Positions 1 through 8,540 of a stretch of DNA of 64,000 bases are shown piece by piece (the first letter of the stretch is position 1; each line of letters opens with the position of its first letter). This DNA is from Longimicrobiales bacterium. Lineage in GTDB: Bacteria; Gemmatimonadota; Gemmatimonadetes; Longimicrobiales; Gaopeijiaceae. The position numbers were made by a program, and so were the translations under genes. The DNA is taken from the NCBI GenBank assembly GCA_965202985.1, contig CBDBCF010000001.1, positions 1,472,001 through 1,536,000 on the forward strand, in the 5' to 3' direction. A model generated the notes under the pieces. It searched no databases and was not told where the DNA came from. It was given only the letters and a program-made list of their open reading frames with translations.

Positions 1-1742
1 GTCCCGACCGTCATCGCCAACCGCGGCGAGCCCCCCACGTCCACGTTCTCGTTGAACCCGACGCCGATCTCGATCACGTCGCCACGCGCATACGTGCTGT
101 CGGTACCCGCATCGCTCGCAATCGACGTGCTCGTCACGTGAGGCACGTTCCTAGCGCCGTTCACCTTGTGAGTGGCCGTATCAGCAAGAGTCACGGCTGA
201 AAGATCGTTGTCCGCCTCGACCAACGTCCCCTCGAGCGTGACGCTGCCGATGTTCGTCAACGCGTTCTCCGGCAAGCTTATGCCGTTCTCGTCCAAGTCG
301 GCGTTCGTCACCGTGTATCGAAACCATACCGCCCAAGGGTTCTGCTGGTACGGCATCGCCGTCACCGTGTCCGCGCCGATCTCGATCGCCAGCCTCATAC
401 CCTGCCACGTCGGCTTGTCCACGCGGGTGTTCCACGTGATGCGCAGCTCGATGTTCTCACCCGCCGCGAACGTCTGGTCGCTCGCCGGGTTCGTCTGGAA
501 ATGTATCGGGGCCATCGCCGGCCTGCGCGCAACTTGGTGGTCCCTGTCGTTGCTGATCGCGTGGGCCCCCAAACCCAGCGTCGCGTTCACCGTGCCCGAC
601 CCCGCCCTTCTGATCGTCCCGCCGTTCAGCGTCAACGCGCTCGCCCCGATGCTCAACCCGTCCGCGTCCCTGTCCGTCGACGACCCCGGCAGCACGTAGT
701 GGAACGCCAACGAATCGTTCCCCGTGCCCGACACGTAGCTCGCCTGTCGCGTCAGCGTGTCGATCCCCAGCGCCAGCTGCGGCGCCCCCGTCACGTCCAC
801 CGACTCGCTGAACACTACCAACACCTTGATCGTGTCGCCCTGCACATACGTGCTGTCGCTCCCCGCAGAACTCGCGATGCCCACGCCGATCACCACCACT
901 CCGCCGTCCACCTTGTGCGCCGCAGCGTTCGCGATCGCATGGCTGCCCAGGCTCAGGACCGCGTCCTTCGTGCCGAGCCGGATCGTGCCGCCGTTCAGCG
1001 TCAACGCCCCCGCGCCGATGCTGATCCCGTCCGTGTCCCTGTCCCCCCCAACCACCACGTACCGGAACACCAGCGACGCCGAACCCGTCCCGCTCGCGTA
1101 GCTCGCCTGCCTAGTCGCGCTCCCGATCCCCAAAGCCAACTGCGGCGTGCCCGTCACCGCCACAGTCGAGTCGAACGCCACCGTCACCGCTATCGTGTCG
1201 CCAGCAGCATACGTGCTGTCCGAACCCGCGCTGCTCGTTATCGTCACCCCCGTCACCTTCGGATACCCCAACGTGCCGTCCACCTTGTGCGCCGCAGCGT
1301 TCGTGATTTTGACGCCGGTCAAGGACCCGTTGATTTGGTCGCCGTTTGCAGCGGTTATGTCCCAAGCCGCCAACGAATCGGTAGTGATCCCGTCCGCGTC
1401 GAAGTCCCCCCCTTGCACAACGTACCGAAACCTGAACCAAGTAGCCCCGCCGCTTCCGCAATCGCAGCCATCCGAGGGGCCGGTCCACTGCGCCGTCCTA
1501 GTCGCCGTCCCGATCCCCAGGTAAAGCCGCGCGGGGAGGCTGTTGACGTCTGTGTTGCTGCTGTAGTACACGTTCACGACGATGGTGTCGCCCTGCACGT
1601 ACGTGCTGTCCGTCCCCGCCGAGCTGCGCATCCTCAAACTGTCGACCGTTACGGCGGTTTGGGCACTCAGCGGCGGCGCCGCCGTGGTCCCGAGCGCCGC
1701 CAGCAGGCCGAACGCCGCGAGCGCGGTTCTCGCTACCGGCAT
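1..1742 (-). CDS. Large secreted repeat protein (adhesin-like, tandem ~120-aa beta-rich repeats); 5' part only, runs off window edge
   Basis: Hand translation from ATG 1742: signal peptide MPVARTALAAFGLLAALGTTAAPPLSA, then >=5 repeats with SSAG(T/S)DSTY..GDTI, Y.SGTG..SL.F.Y, DGISIGA.ALTLNGGTIR, HKVDG. Absent from the ORF track because it is open at the edge. Confidence 0.85.
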   Translation of the reverse strand, partial: MPVARTALAAFGLLAALGTTAAPPLSAQTAVTVDSLRMRSSAGTDSTYVQGDTIVVNVYYSSNTDVNSLPARLYLGIGTATRTAQWTGPSDGCDCGSGGATWFRFRYVVQGGDFDADGITTDSLAAWDITAANGDQINGSLTGVKITNAAAHKVDGTLGYPKVTGVTITSSAGSDSTYAAGDTIAVTVAFDSTVAVTGTPQLALGIGSATRQASYASGTGSASLVFRYVVVGGDRDTDGISIGAGALTLNGGTIRLGTKDAVLSLGSHAIANAAAHKVDGGVVVIGVGIASSAGSDSTYVQGDTIKVLVVFSESVDVTGAPQLALGIDTLTRQASYVSGTGNDSLAFHYVLPGSSTDRDADGLSIGASALTLNGGTIRRAGSGTVNATLGLGAHAISNDRDHQVARRPAMAPIHFQTNPASDQTFAAGENIELRITWNTRVDKPTWQGMRLAIEIGADTVTAMPYQQNPWAVWFRYTVTNADLDENGISLPENALTNIGSVTLEGTLVEADNDLSAVTLADTATHKVNGARNVPHVTSTSIASDAGTDSTYARGDVIEIGVGFNENVDVGGSPRLAMTVG

Positions 1743-1802
1743 CAGTACAGACCGAAACCTGGCGTCCGATCCAGGCTTGCTGAAAGAAAGTCGCTTTGGG
1801 GA

Positions 1803-1823
1803 GGGGGGGGGGGGGGGGGGGGG
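1803..1823. repeat. 21-nt G homopolymer (poly-C on the coding strand of the repeat protein)
   Basis: Directly visible G21 run. Confidence 0.95.
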
Positions 1824-1940
1824 CGAGTCATTTGTCGGTGCCGGGTGTCGGTTGATCGATCACGACATGCTGCCTGCCGTCGTCAGGGCGAGAATATAGC
1901 GAAATCGCCTGGTCCGTCCCAGGGTTCGCGGACTGCGCAT

Positions 1941-3224
1941 CATTAAATCGCAATAGAAATGTCCTCCCCTGGATTCGTTTCCGCCGTCCAGGTGGCCGGC
2001 AGAAGGTGGGCGACTGAACTCTCGCTGCGCAGCCGTTGATCATCACGTCCTGGTCCCCGGACCCCGGCTTCGCCGACCCGGTGAACGGCTGGCGGGAGCC
2101 GGGCGGCGCTGCTCTGGGCGGGGTTGGTGGAAGGGCAAGACGGGAAGCGGCGAGGCGGGCGAGGCGGCGTTCCCGCTTGGCCATCGCCCGCTCGACCTCC
2201 TCGCGGATCTGCTTGCGCCACGGATGGTCGCGGCCCGGCTTCCGCGGCTTCGGACGCGGGCGAGCCGGCCGTGGACGCGGCGCAGGGGGCGCGGGACGGT
2301 CGGCGCCCAGCGCCTCGACCGCCAAGTACCGATCGCCGCGGCGGAAGCGCAACTCGCCCGACAGGCGCCGCTCGACGACCACGCGCGAGCCCGGCCGCAC
2401 GCCCGCCGCTTCCGCTTCCGTCGCGGGGACCTGCCAGAAGCGGTTCTTCCAGCGCACCGTGTAGTCGCGCCCCACGACCCGCGTCTCCGTGTCGGCGAAC
2501 AGCGCCTCGAGATCGGTCCCCGGCGGCAACGGACGGTGCGCGTCCAGCGGCTCGACCGCGGCCACGGCGAAGCGCTCGTTCCAGAACGGCATCCAGCGCT
2601 CCGCCAAGAACCGGTTCGCCGCATCGAGCGTCGCGACCCCCGCCACGCGCATCTCCTTGATCAGTCGGTCCTGCGCCGTCCCGAACGCGCGCTCGACGCG
2701 CCCCTTCGCCTGCGGCGAGCCCGCCAGGATCAACTCGACGCCCAGCGCTTCCAGCCCGCAGGCGATCACCGACTTCGTGCGCTCGCCGTCCTTTCGCCCG
2801 CCAGCCGAAGTGTCCGGCGTGGTCCGTGTACACGGCCAACGGCCGACCGTGGCGCTCGATGCACTCGATGATCGCCCGCCGGTTCGCCGCGCCCGTGCAG
2901 CATCCGGCCCGTCGCGTCGTCGTGCAGCGCCACCAGCACCAAGTCGCCCGGTCCCCGATCCTCGAGCCAAGCGTGAACCGAACTGTCCCACTGCACCAGC
3001 TCGCCCAGCGCCGCGCGCCGCGGCCGACGGCTCCGGCGCCTCGCCCGCTTGCGCTTGCCCGTCCACAGCCCGGCCTCGGTCAGCCAGCGGCGCACCGTGT
3101 CCGCGCTCGCGTCCACGCCCAGCTCCCGCGCGGCGTGCTCGGCCAGCAGCGTCGGCCGAAGTCCGCGTACACCGCCGCCGCCGCCATCTGCGCTATGACC
3201 GGACATTTCTATTGCGGTACGACA
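1941..3224 (-). mobile_element. Degenerate ISNCY/IS1202-like insertion sequence
   Basis: Perfect 16-bp inverted repeats CGCAATAGAAATGTCC (1949-1964) / GGACATTTCTATTGCG (3201-3216); right end reads TGT on the minus strand at 3224; encloses DDE transposase fragments. Confidence 0.85.
1965..3190 (-). pseudogene. Frameshifted, N-terminally deleted DDE transposase (ISNCY/IS1202-like)
   Basis: Motifs spread over different frames: (Y)ADFGPTLLAEH, GELVQWDSSVHAWLE, LAVYTDHAGHF, SPQAKGRVERAFGTAQDRL, PGRDHPWR. Confidence 0.85.
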
Positions 3225-3299
3225 CGCCCGCTGCATCTTTTCCTTGGACGCGCGCCGGAAGGGCATTAGCTTGAGCGTCCGCCCCATTCCACAGGAGAG

Positions 3300-4007
3300 A
3301 TGCAGGTGGCTTTCGATTCGCTTCCGTCACAAGGTTCCATCCGTCCGCGCAAGTCCGCCGCCAAGACGTCGGCCGACGGCGCGACCGAGGGTGGTTCCCC
3401 TTCCTTGGCCGCCCGCTACGTGCGGATGCTGATCGACAGGGCCGCGACGCAAGAGAACCCGGAGCCGGCCTTGCTGAACCGCATCGAGAAGTTCGTGGAT
3501 CGGGTGGACGCCGGCGCCACGAAGGACACGGGCTTCGCCTCGCCGCTGAAGACGAGCTACGTCGACATGCTCATCGACAGGGCCGGGTCCCAGGTCGACA
3601 TCGACGCCAAGCTTCTCGACCGCATCGAGCGCTTCTTGGCGGAGAAGTGGGGGCCAGTGCCCCGCGGGGTCGCGAGCCGTCGTCGTGTGGCGGCGCCCGC
3701 GCCCGCGGCGAGGCCCGCGCGCGCCGGGCAAGGCAACGGTCGGCGGCGGAGCGCCGGTGCGGGGCATCCCGAGGTGCCGGCCGACCATTACGCCGGCCTG
3801 GGCGTGACGGCCGCGTACCGCAAGTTCGTCGGCGAGTTCGGCGCCGCCACCTATTCGGTCCCCCAGATCCGGGACGCCCTGCTGCAGGGCGGCGTCAGAA
3901 CCACCTCTCCGGGCAACGTGCTCACGGGACTTCACTCCGTTCGTCGCCGGGACCGCTTGGCGGCGGAGAAGGCCGCAGGCGCGGAGCAAGACGGCCAGCC
4001 GTTCTGA
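3300..4007 (+). CDS. Hypothetical protein: two tandem helical repeats + C-terminal putative HTH domain paralogous to 18445-18963
   Basis: AGGAG RBS and TTGGAC-17-TAGCTT promoter-like sequence upstream; repeat YV.MLIDRA......LL.RIE.F twice; shared C-terminal domain. Confidence 0.75.
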   Translation: MQVAFDSLPSQGSIRPRKSAAKTSADGATEGGSPSLAARYVRMLIDRAATQENPEPALLNRIEKFVDRVDAGATKDTGFASPLKTSYVDMLIDRAGSQVDIDAKLLDRIERFLAEKWGPVPRGVASRRRVAAPAPAARPARAGQGNGRRRSAGAGHPEVPADHYAGLGVTAAYRKFVGEFGAATYSVPQIRDALLQGGVRTTSPGNVLTGLHSVRRRDRLAAEKAAGAEQDGQPF

Positions 4008-4016
4008 TCGCCGGCG

Positions 4017-5372
4017 CTACGCCGCGCCCTCGAAGGCGCCGGGGTTCACCGCCGCCGCCCGGTGGGCCTTCAACTCGGGCATGACCGCGCTTCCGCAGCA
4101 CGCCACGAGAAAAACGCCTTCCACGACCAGTCCCGACACAGCCAGGCCCACGCCCATGACCGCCCCCATCGACGGGTCGGCCCCGAAGCCCAGCGCAAAG
4201 GCCGTCGCGGCCAGCGCCCCGATGCCGATCACCCGCAACACCGCCCCGACGCCCACGAAGCCGGTCTTGCCGGAGCGCACGAAGAGGCCCTGGTAGTACT
4301 GGCGCAACCCGTACAGCACGGGATACGCCGCCGTCAGGGGCAGCGCCGGGCCGGCAAGCGCGATCAAGTGCGGCTCCAGTGCGAACAAGAGGCGAAAAAC
4401 GGGCTCGCGGACGGCGGGCACGGACAGCGCCAGCAACAGGGCCATCGTCGCCGCGGCCACGCCCACGCCCCAGGCGCGGACCTGCCGGTGCGTGTCGGAA
4501 CACTTGACCAGGGCAATGCTGGCGTGCTGCATCTGCCCCACCGGCGCGGCCACGAACCAAGCCACGGCCTCCACCACGGTGAAGGCGGCCAGGGCCGGGT
4601 CCGGGTTGGCGGTGCGGGCCAGCACCGACCCCACGATCAGAGGGGTCGCCCACCACAGCAGCACGTTGGCCATCAACGGCGCCGAGAACCGCGCCACGTT
4701 CTGGCGGTCGGTCTCGCAGCCCGATTGCTCCAGCTTCAAACCGGGCGTGGGCGACCACACCACCCACAAAGTCTCGACCACGAGCCCGGCCGTGAACGCC
4801 GCCGCCCCCAGCCACGCGCCGCCCCCCGTAACCGCCACGGCCAATACCGCCGCAACCGCGAGCACTCCCGTTCGCCCGCCGGTGGCCGCCGCGATCGGAC
4901 GGGTCCGGTGGCCCGCCACCAGACGGCCTTGGTGGGAGGCCCGGACAGCGGTCAGGAACGGTACCGGCCATAGGAACCCCATGGCGCGCATCGCTTCGGC
5001 CTGTACTCGGGGGCCAACACCCACGACGCTCCCGAAGACCCAGTCCCCGGCGCTCGTGTACGCGATGACCGCTCCCGCGACGGAGAGCACGGCCCCCGTC
5101 AGGTAGGCGAACCGCCTGACGGGCGAGAACGAGCCGCCGCCCAACAGCCTCGCCGCCGCGACCTGCTGGATCACCAGAAGGGGCGCGTAGAGCACGCCGC
5201 ACACAGGGAACGCGACGCCGAAGCCTGCCAGGGCGATGGTCGGGTCCGTCGAGCGCCCCAGGGCCGCCGTGAGGATGGGATTGGTGGCGGTCAGAAGAAG
5301 ACTGGTGGCCGCCAATGGAGCGTAGAAGCGCGCAAATCCCCCCGGCGTGACGGGCGTCCCGTGGTCCGTCAA
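4017..5372 (-). CDS. MATE/ANKH-like multi-pass membrane transporter
   Basis: ~12 hydrophobic segments in two internally repeated halves (FYAPLAATSLL..NPILTAALGR / FSAPLMANVLL..PLIVGSVLAR); start uncertain (TTG 5372). Confidence 0.65.
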   Translation of the reverse strand: MTDHGTPVTPGGFARFYAPLAATSLLLTATNPILTAALGRSTDPTIALAGFGVAFPVCGVLYAPLLVIQQVAAARLLGGGSFSPVRRFAYLTGAVLSVAGAVIAYTSAGDWVFGSVVGVGPRVQAEAMRAMGFLWPVPFLTAVRASHQGRLVAGHRTRPIAAATGGRTGVLAVAAVLAVAVTGGGAWLGAAAFTAGLVVETLWVVWSPTPGLKLEQSGCETDRQNVARFSAPLMANVLLWWATPLIVGSVLARTANPDPALAAFTVVEAVAWFVAAPVGQMQHASIALVKCSDTHRQVRAWGVGVAAATMALLLALSVPAVREPVFRLLFALEPHLIALAGPALPLTAAYPVLYGLRQYYQGLFVRSGKTGFVGVGAVLRVIGIGALAATAFALGFGADPSMGAVMGVGLAVSGLVVEGVFLVACCGSAVMPELKAHRAAAVNPGAFEGAA

Positions 5373-5431
5373 CCGGTCCCGCTTGCGGAGCGGCTCGCGG
5401 CTACGAGCCGGATTCGAAGGGCTTCCATGCT

Positions 5432-5680
5432 TTGCCGACGGTCCTCGCTCGCGTGGCTCAAATGACCGGAATGGGGATTCCATTCTATACCACGGACGCC
5501 TTCGCGGACAGGCCGTTCCGGGAAGCTGCCCCTTGCCGTACTGGTAGATTGGAACGGGGCGCGACGGTCCCCCGAAGTTGCCGAAGGTCCTCGAATCGCG
5601 CGGGGCTCAAATGACCGGACAAGGGATTCCGTTCTACATCGTGGACGCCTTCACGGACAAGCCGTTCCGTGGAAACCCTG
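5432..5680 (+). repeat. Degenerate direct duplication (~100 bp) of the phzF 5' end and upstream region
   Basis: 5432-5530 aligns with 5578-5680 (TTGCCGA.GGTCCTCG..GGCTCAAATGACCGGA..GGGATTCC.TTCTA..GGACGCCTTC.CGGACA.GCCGTTCCG). Confidence 0.85.
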
Positions 5681-6510
5681 CCGCCGTCTGCCTGGACGCC
5701 GACGACATTTCGGATGCGGCGCGCCAGGAGATCGCCCGCGAAATGAACCTGTCGGAGACGGCGTTCGTCTATCGACCGGGCTCCGACGGGAGGCGTCGCC
5801 TGCGGTGGTTCACGCCAGTGGCGGAAGTTCCGTTGTGCGGCCACGCGACGTTGGCCAGCGCCCATGTCCTTGTGCGAGAAGTCGGCATCCCGGGCCCGGT
5901 CGAGTTCGATTCGGCATCGGGACCGCTGTCGGTTCGCGAGGACGCCGGTCTCGATCCGTCGCGCCTCGTGATGGACTTTCCGGCCAATCCGCCCAAGGAG
6001 GCGCCCATGCCGGAGGGGTTGGCCGAGGCGCTGGGGCTGGCCGAGGCAACGGGGCTGGCCTCGATCATGCCGTCGCCTTCCCCTTCGGGGCCGAACCGCG
6101 GAAGTTGTCCGCCCGCCTTTGTCGCTTCGGACAAAGTGGCGATCGTGGTCTTGGCGTCGGAGCAGGCGGTTCTGGCCGTGAAGCCGGATTTTACCGCCCT
6201 GGGGCGGGTCGTCCTGCCCGGCAACTCGATGGGAGTGGCCGTCACGGCGCGCGGCGACGCTGGCCGGGGGGTGGATTTCGTGTCCCGGTTCTTTGCGCCC
6301 TGGCTGGGAGTGGACGAAGACCCGGTCACGGGCGTGGCGCACACATCCCTTGCCCCTTACTGGGCGACGGTGCTGGGCAAGACGGAGATGGAGGCCCGGC
6401 AGCTGTCCGCGCGGGGCGGAACGCTCACCGCAAGGAGCTTGGGCGACCGGGTGGAGCTGGCGGGACACGCCGTCACCGTGGCCTCGGGGACGCTGGTGCG
6501 GCCGGGATGA
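5611..6510 (+). CDS. PhzF family isomerase/epimerase
   Basis: VDAFTDKPFRGNPAAV, EMNLSETAF, EVPLCGHATLA, EDPVTG motifs. Confidence 0.93.
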   Translation: MTGQGIPFYIVDAFTDKPFRGNPAAVCLDADDISDAARQEIAREMNLSETAFVYRPGSDGRRRLRWFTPVAEVPLCGHATLASAHVLVREVGIPGPVEFDSASGPLSVREDAGLDPSRLVMDFPANPPKEAPMPEGLAEALGLAEATGLASIMPSPSPSGPNRGSCPPAFVASDKVAIVVLASEQAVLAVKPDFTALGRVVLPGNSMGVAVTARGDAGRGVDFVSRFFAPWLGVDEDPVTGVAHTSLAPYWATVLGKTEMEARQLSARGGTLTARSLGDRVELAGHAVTVASGTLVRPG

Positions 6511-6550
6511 CGCGGGGGGTCGCGGACCCGCCGGGCTGCGCTGCCCGGCT

Positions 6551-6805
6551 TCAGAGCGCCGAGATGTCCACGGACTCGTCGACAAGCATGATGGGAATGC
6601 CTTTCCGGACGGGGTACAGGACTTGGCCGTCCTCGCGCAACAGGCCCGCGTCCATGGGCTCGGCCACAGGCTCGCCGCCCCGCGTCACGGCCCGCTCGTC
6701 GGCCACGGCGGCGTTGACGCGTTCCAGGACCTCGGAGTCCGCAACGGTCACGGGTTGGTGGGTCTCGGGACACACCAAGATGTCGAGAAGGTCTTGGTCC
6801 AGCAC
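6551..6805 (-). CDS. Trm112 family protein
   Basis: LDQDLLDILVCPETHQP...YPVRKGIPIMLVDES; AGGAG RBS. Confidence 0.88.
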   Translation of the reverse strand: MLDQDLLDILVCPETHQPVTVADSEVLERVNAAVADERAVTRGGEPVAEPMDAGLLREDGQVLYPVRKGIPIMLVDESVDISAL

Positions 6806-7331
6806 GGCACCGCTCCTTGTTGGACGAAAAGCTACCGGCCGGCGCCCGAACCGACAACGGGCGGCGGCGCTGGCTGCCGCCGTCCTGGCCCTGGTCGCTG
6901 GTGCGTCGGCCGCACCCGTCTCCGGGAGCCAAGTCGCCTCGTCGCGCCCCGCCCCGGGCACGGCCTGGGTGATCTTCGGCGCCGACACGGTGCGGGCGGA
7001 GGTCGCCAGCCTTCCCGCCCAAAGGGAGCACGGGCTGATGAACCGCGACCGCGTGCCCGACGGAACGGGAATGCTCTTCGTGTTCCCAGACACCGAGCAA
7101 CGGTCGTTCTGGATGCGCGACACGCGCGTCGCCTTGGACATCGCCTTCTTCGACGACCGCTACCGAATCGCCGCCGTGAAGCAGATGGAGCCCATGGACG
7201 AGACCCTGACCGACTCCGACGAGCCGACCGCGCTCGTTTTGGAGGTCCGCCGAGGTTGGTTCGCCGAGAAGGGAATCGTCACGGGCGCGCAAGCGGAAGT
7301 CGTCTTCGGTCCCGGCCTAGTGGTGCGGTAG
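6780..7331 (+). CDS. DUF192 family exported protein
   Basis: EVA..PAQREHGLMNR..GMLFVF....SFWMRDTRVALDIAF; start uncertain. Confidence 0.85.
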   Translation: MSRRSWSSTAPLLVGRKATGRRPNRQRAAALAAAVLALVAGASAAPVSGSQVASSRPAPGTAWVIFGADTVRAEVASLPAQREHGLMNRDRVPDGTGMLFVFPDTEQRSFWMRDTRVALDIAFFDDRYRIAAVKQMEPMDETLTDSDEPTALVLEVRRGWFAEKGIVTGAQAEVVFGPGLVVR

Positions 7332-8540
7332 GAGCGCCTCCTCCATGGCGGCGACCAGCGCCTCCATGTCCGCTTCCGTATTGTAGACGTAGGGCGAAAC
7401 GCGGATGCTGGCCCCTCGAAACGACACGCCGACGCGGTGGCGGGCCAAGCAGGCCTTGACGCGCTCGGCGTCGGCGCTCGGCGGCAGCGACAGACCGAAC
7501 AGGTGCGGGCTCCGCCAGCGGTCGTCCTCAACGCCCAAGCCCAGCGCGCGCAGCCGGGGCAGGACGCCCGCGGCCAAGCGGGCGCAATAGGCGGACACCC
7601 GCTCCGGCCGCCACTCCAGGATCAAGTCCAGCGACGCCGAAAGCGCCGGCACGAGTGCGAAGTTGCTGCGCTGGCCCACGTCGAAGCGGACCGCGCCGGG
7701 CTGGTAGTCGTCCACGTACTCGACCAAGGCCGCAAAGTTCTCCGAGCCCCGACGCCCGATCCAGGTCTCTTCCAATGGCACGCCGTCCAGGTACCGCTCG
7801 CCGAACCACGCCAGGGACAGGGAGTAGGGCCCCAGCAGCCACTTGTAACCGGCCACGACCAAGGCGTCGGGCTGCAAGGCCGCCAAGTCCAGCGGGACCG
7901 CGCCTACGGACTGCGTGCCGTCCAGCACCAGCGCCGCGCCCACCTCTCGGGTTCGCTCTCGGACCGCGGACAGGTCGAAGCGGACGCCGTCGGTCCAGTG
8001 CACCGTGCCCATGGCCACCACGGCGGTTCCCGCGTCGATCCGGTCCAGGATGCGTTCCGTCCAGCCTTCGCCCCGGCCGTGGCGGCCAGCCCCCGACCGG
8101 TGCGCACCCGCATCGCCGGCAGCCGAACCGCCCGTCTCCGAGTCGCGGGGCGCCACCACGCGGAGTTCGCCGCCCACATCGGCCGCCAGACGCCGCCAGG
8201 GATAGACGTTTCCCGGGAACTGCTCGTGGAGGACGACCACGTTCCGGCCCGGCCCCAGTTCCGTATTGCGGGCGATCGCGGACACGGCATAGGAGACGGA
8301 CGGCACCGTAGCCACGTCTTCGGGCCGCTCGGCCCCCACGAGCCGGGCAAACTTCTCGCGCAGCTCGTCCGCCGGGCGAAAGAACTCCTCTGGAGCGATC
8401 GCCTGGGGGAAGCGCTTGGCCCGCAGCCCCTCGATCCCCGCCCGCTCCGCGGCCTTCGGCAGGGGTCCCATGTAGGCGCAGTTCAGGTAGTGGAAGTCTT
8501 CGGGCAACTGGAAGCGCGCCCGTTGGCAGGCCAGCGTCAC
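7317..8540 (-). CDS. Aminotransferase class V (cysteine desulfurase/lyase-like PLP enzyme)
   Basis: YLNCAYMGP, LDGTQSVG, AGYKWLLGP, IRVSPYVYN; GTG start overlaps upstream stop. Confidence 0.9.
   Translation of the reverse strand: MTLACQRARFQLPEDFHYLNCAYMGPLPKAAERAGIEGLRAKRFPQAIAPEEFFRPADELREKFARLVGAERPEDVATVPSVSYAVSAIARNTELGPGRNVVVLHEQFPGNVYPWRRLAADVGGELRVVAPRDSETGGSAAGDAGAHRSGAGRHGRGEGWTERILDRIDAGTAVVAMGTVHWTDGVRFDLSAVRERTREVGAALVLDGTQSVGAVPLDLAALQPDALVVAGYKWLLGPYSLSLAWFGERYLDGVPLEETWIGRRGSENFAALVEYVDDYQPGAVRFDVGQRSNFALVPALSASLDLILEWRPERVSAYCARLAAGVLPRLRALGLGVEDDRWRSPHLFGLSLPPSADAERVKACLARHRVGVSFRGASIRVSPYVYNTEADMEALVAAMEEALLPHH

Noticed and set aside
1930..1948. dif/xrs-like sequence ACTGCGCATCATTAAAT beside the IS end
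   Set aside because: Arms are not in the 11-6-11 spacing and the site is near oriC, not the terminus.
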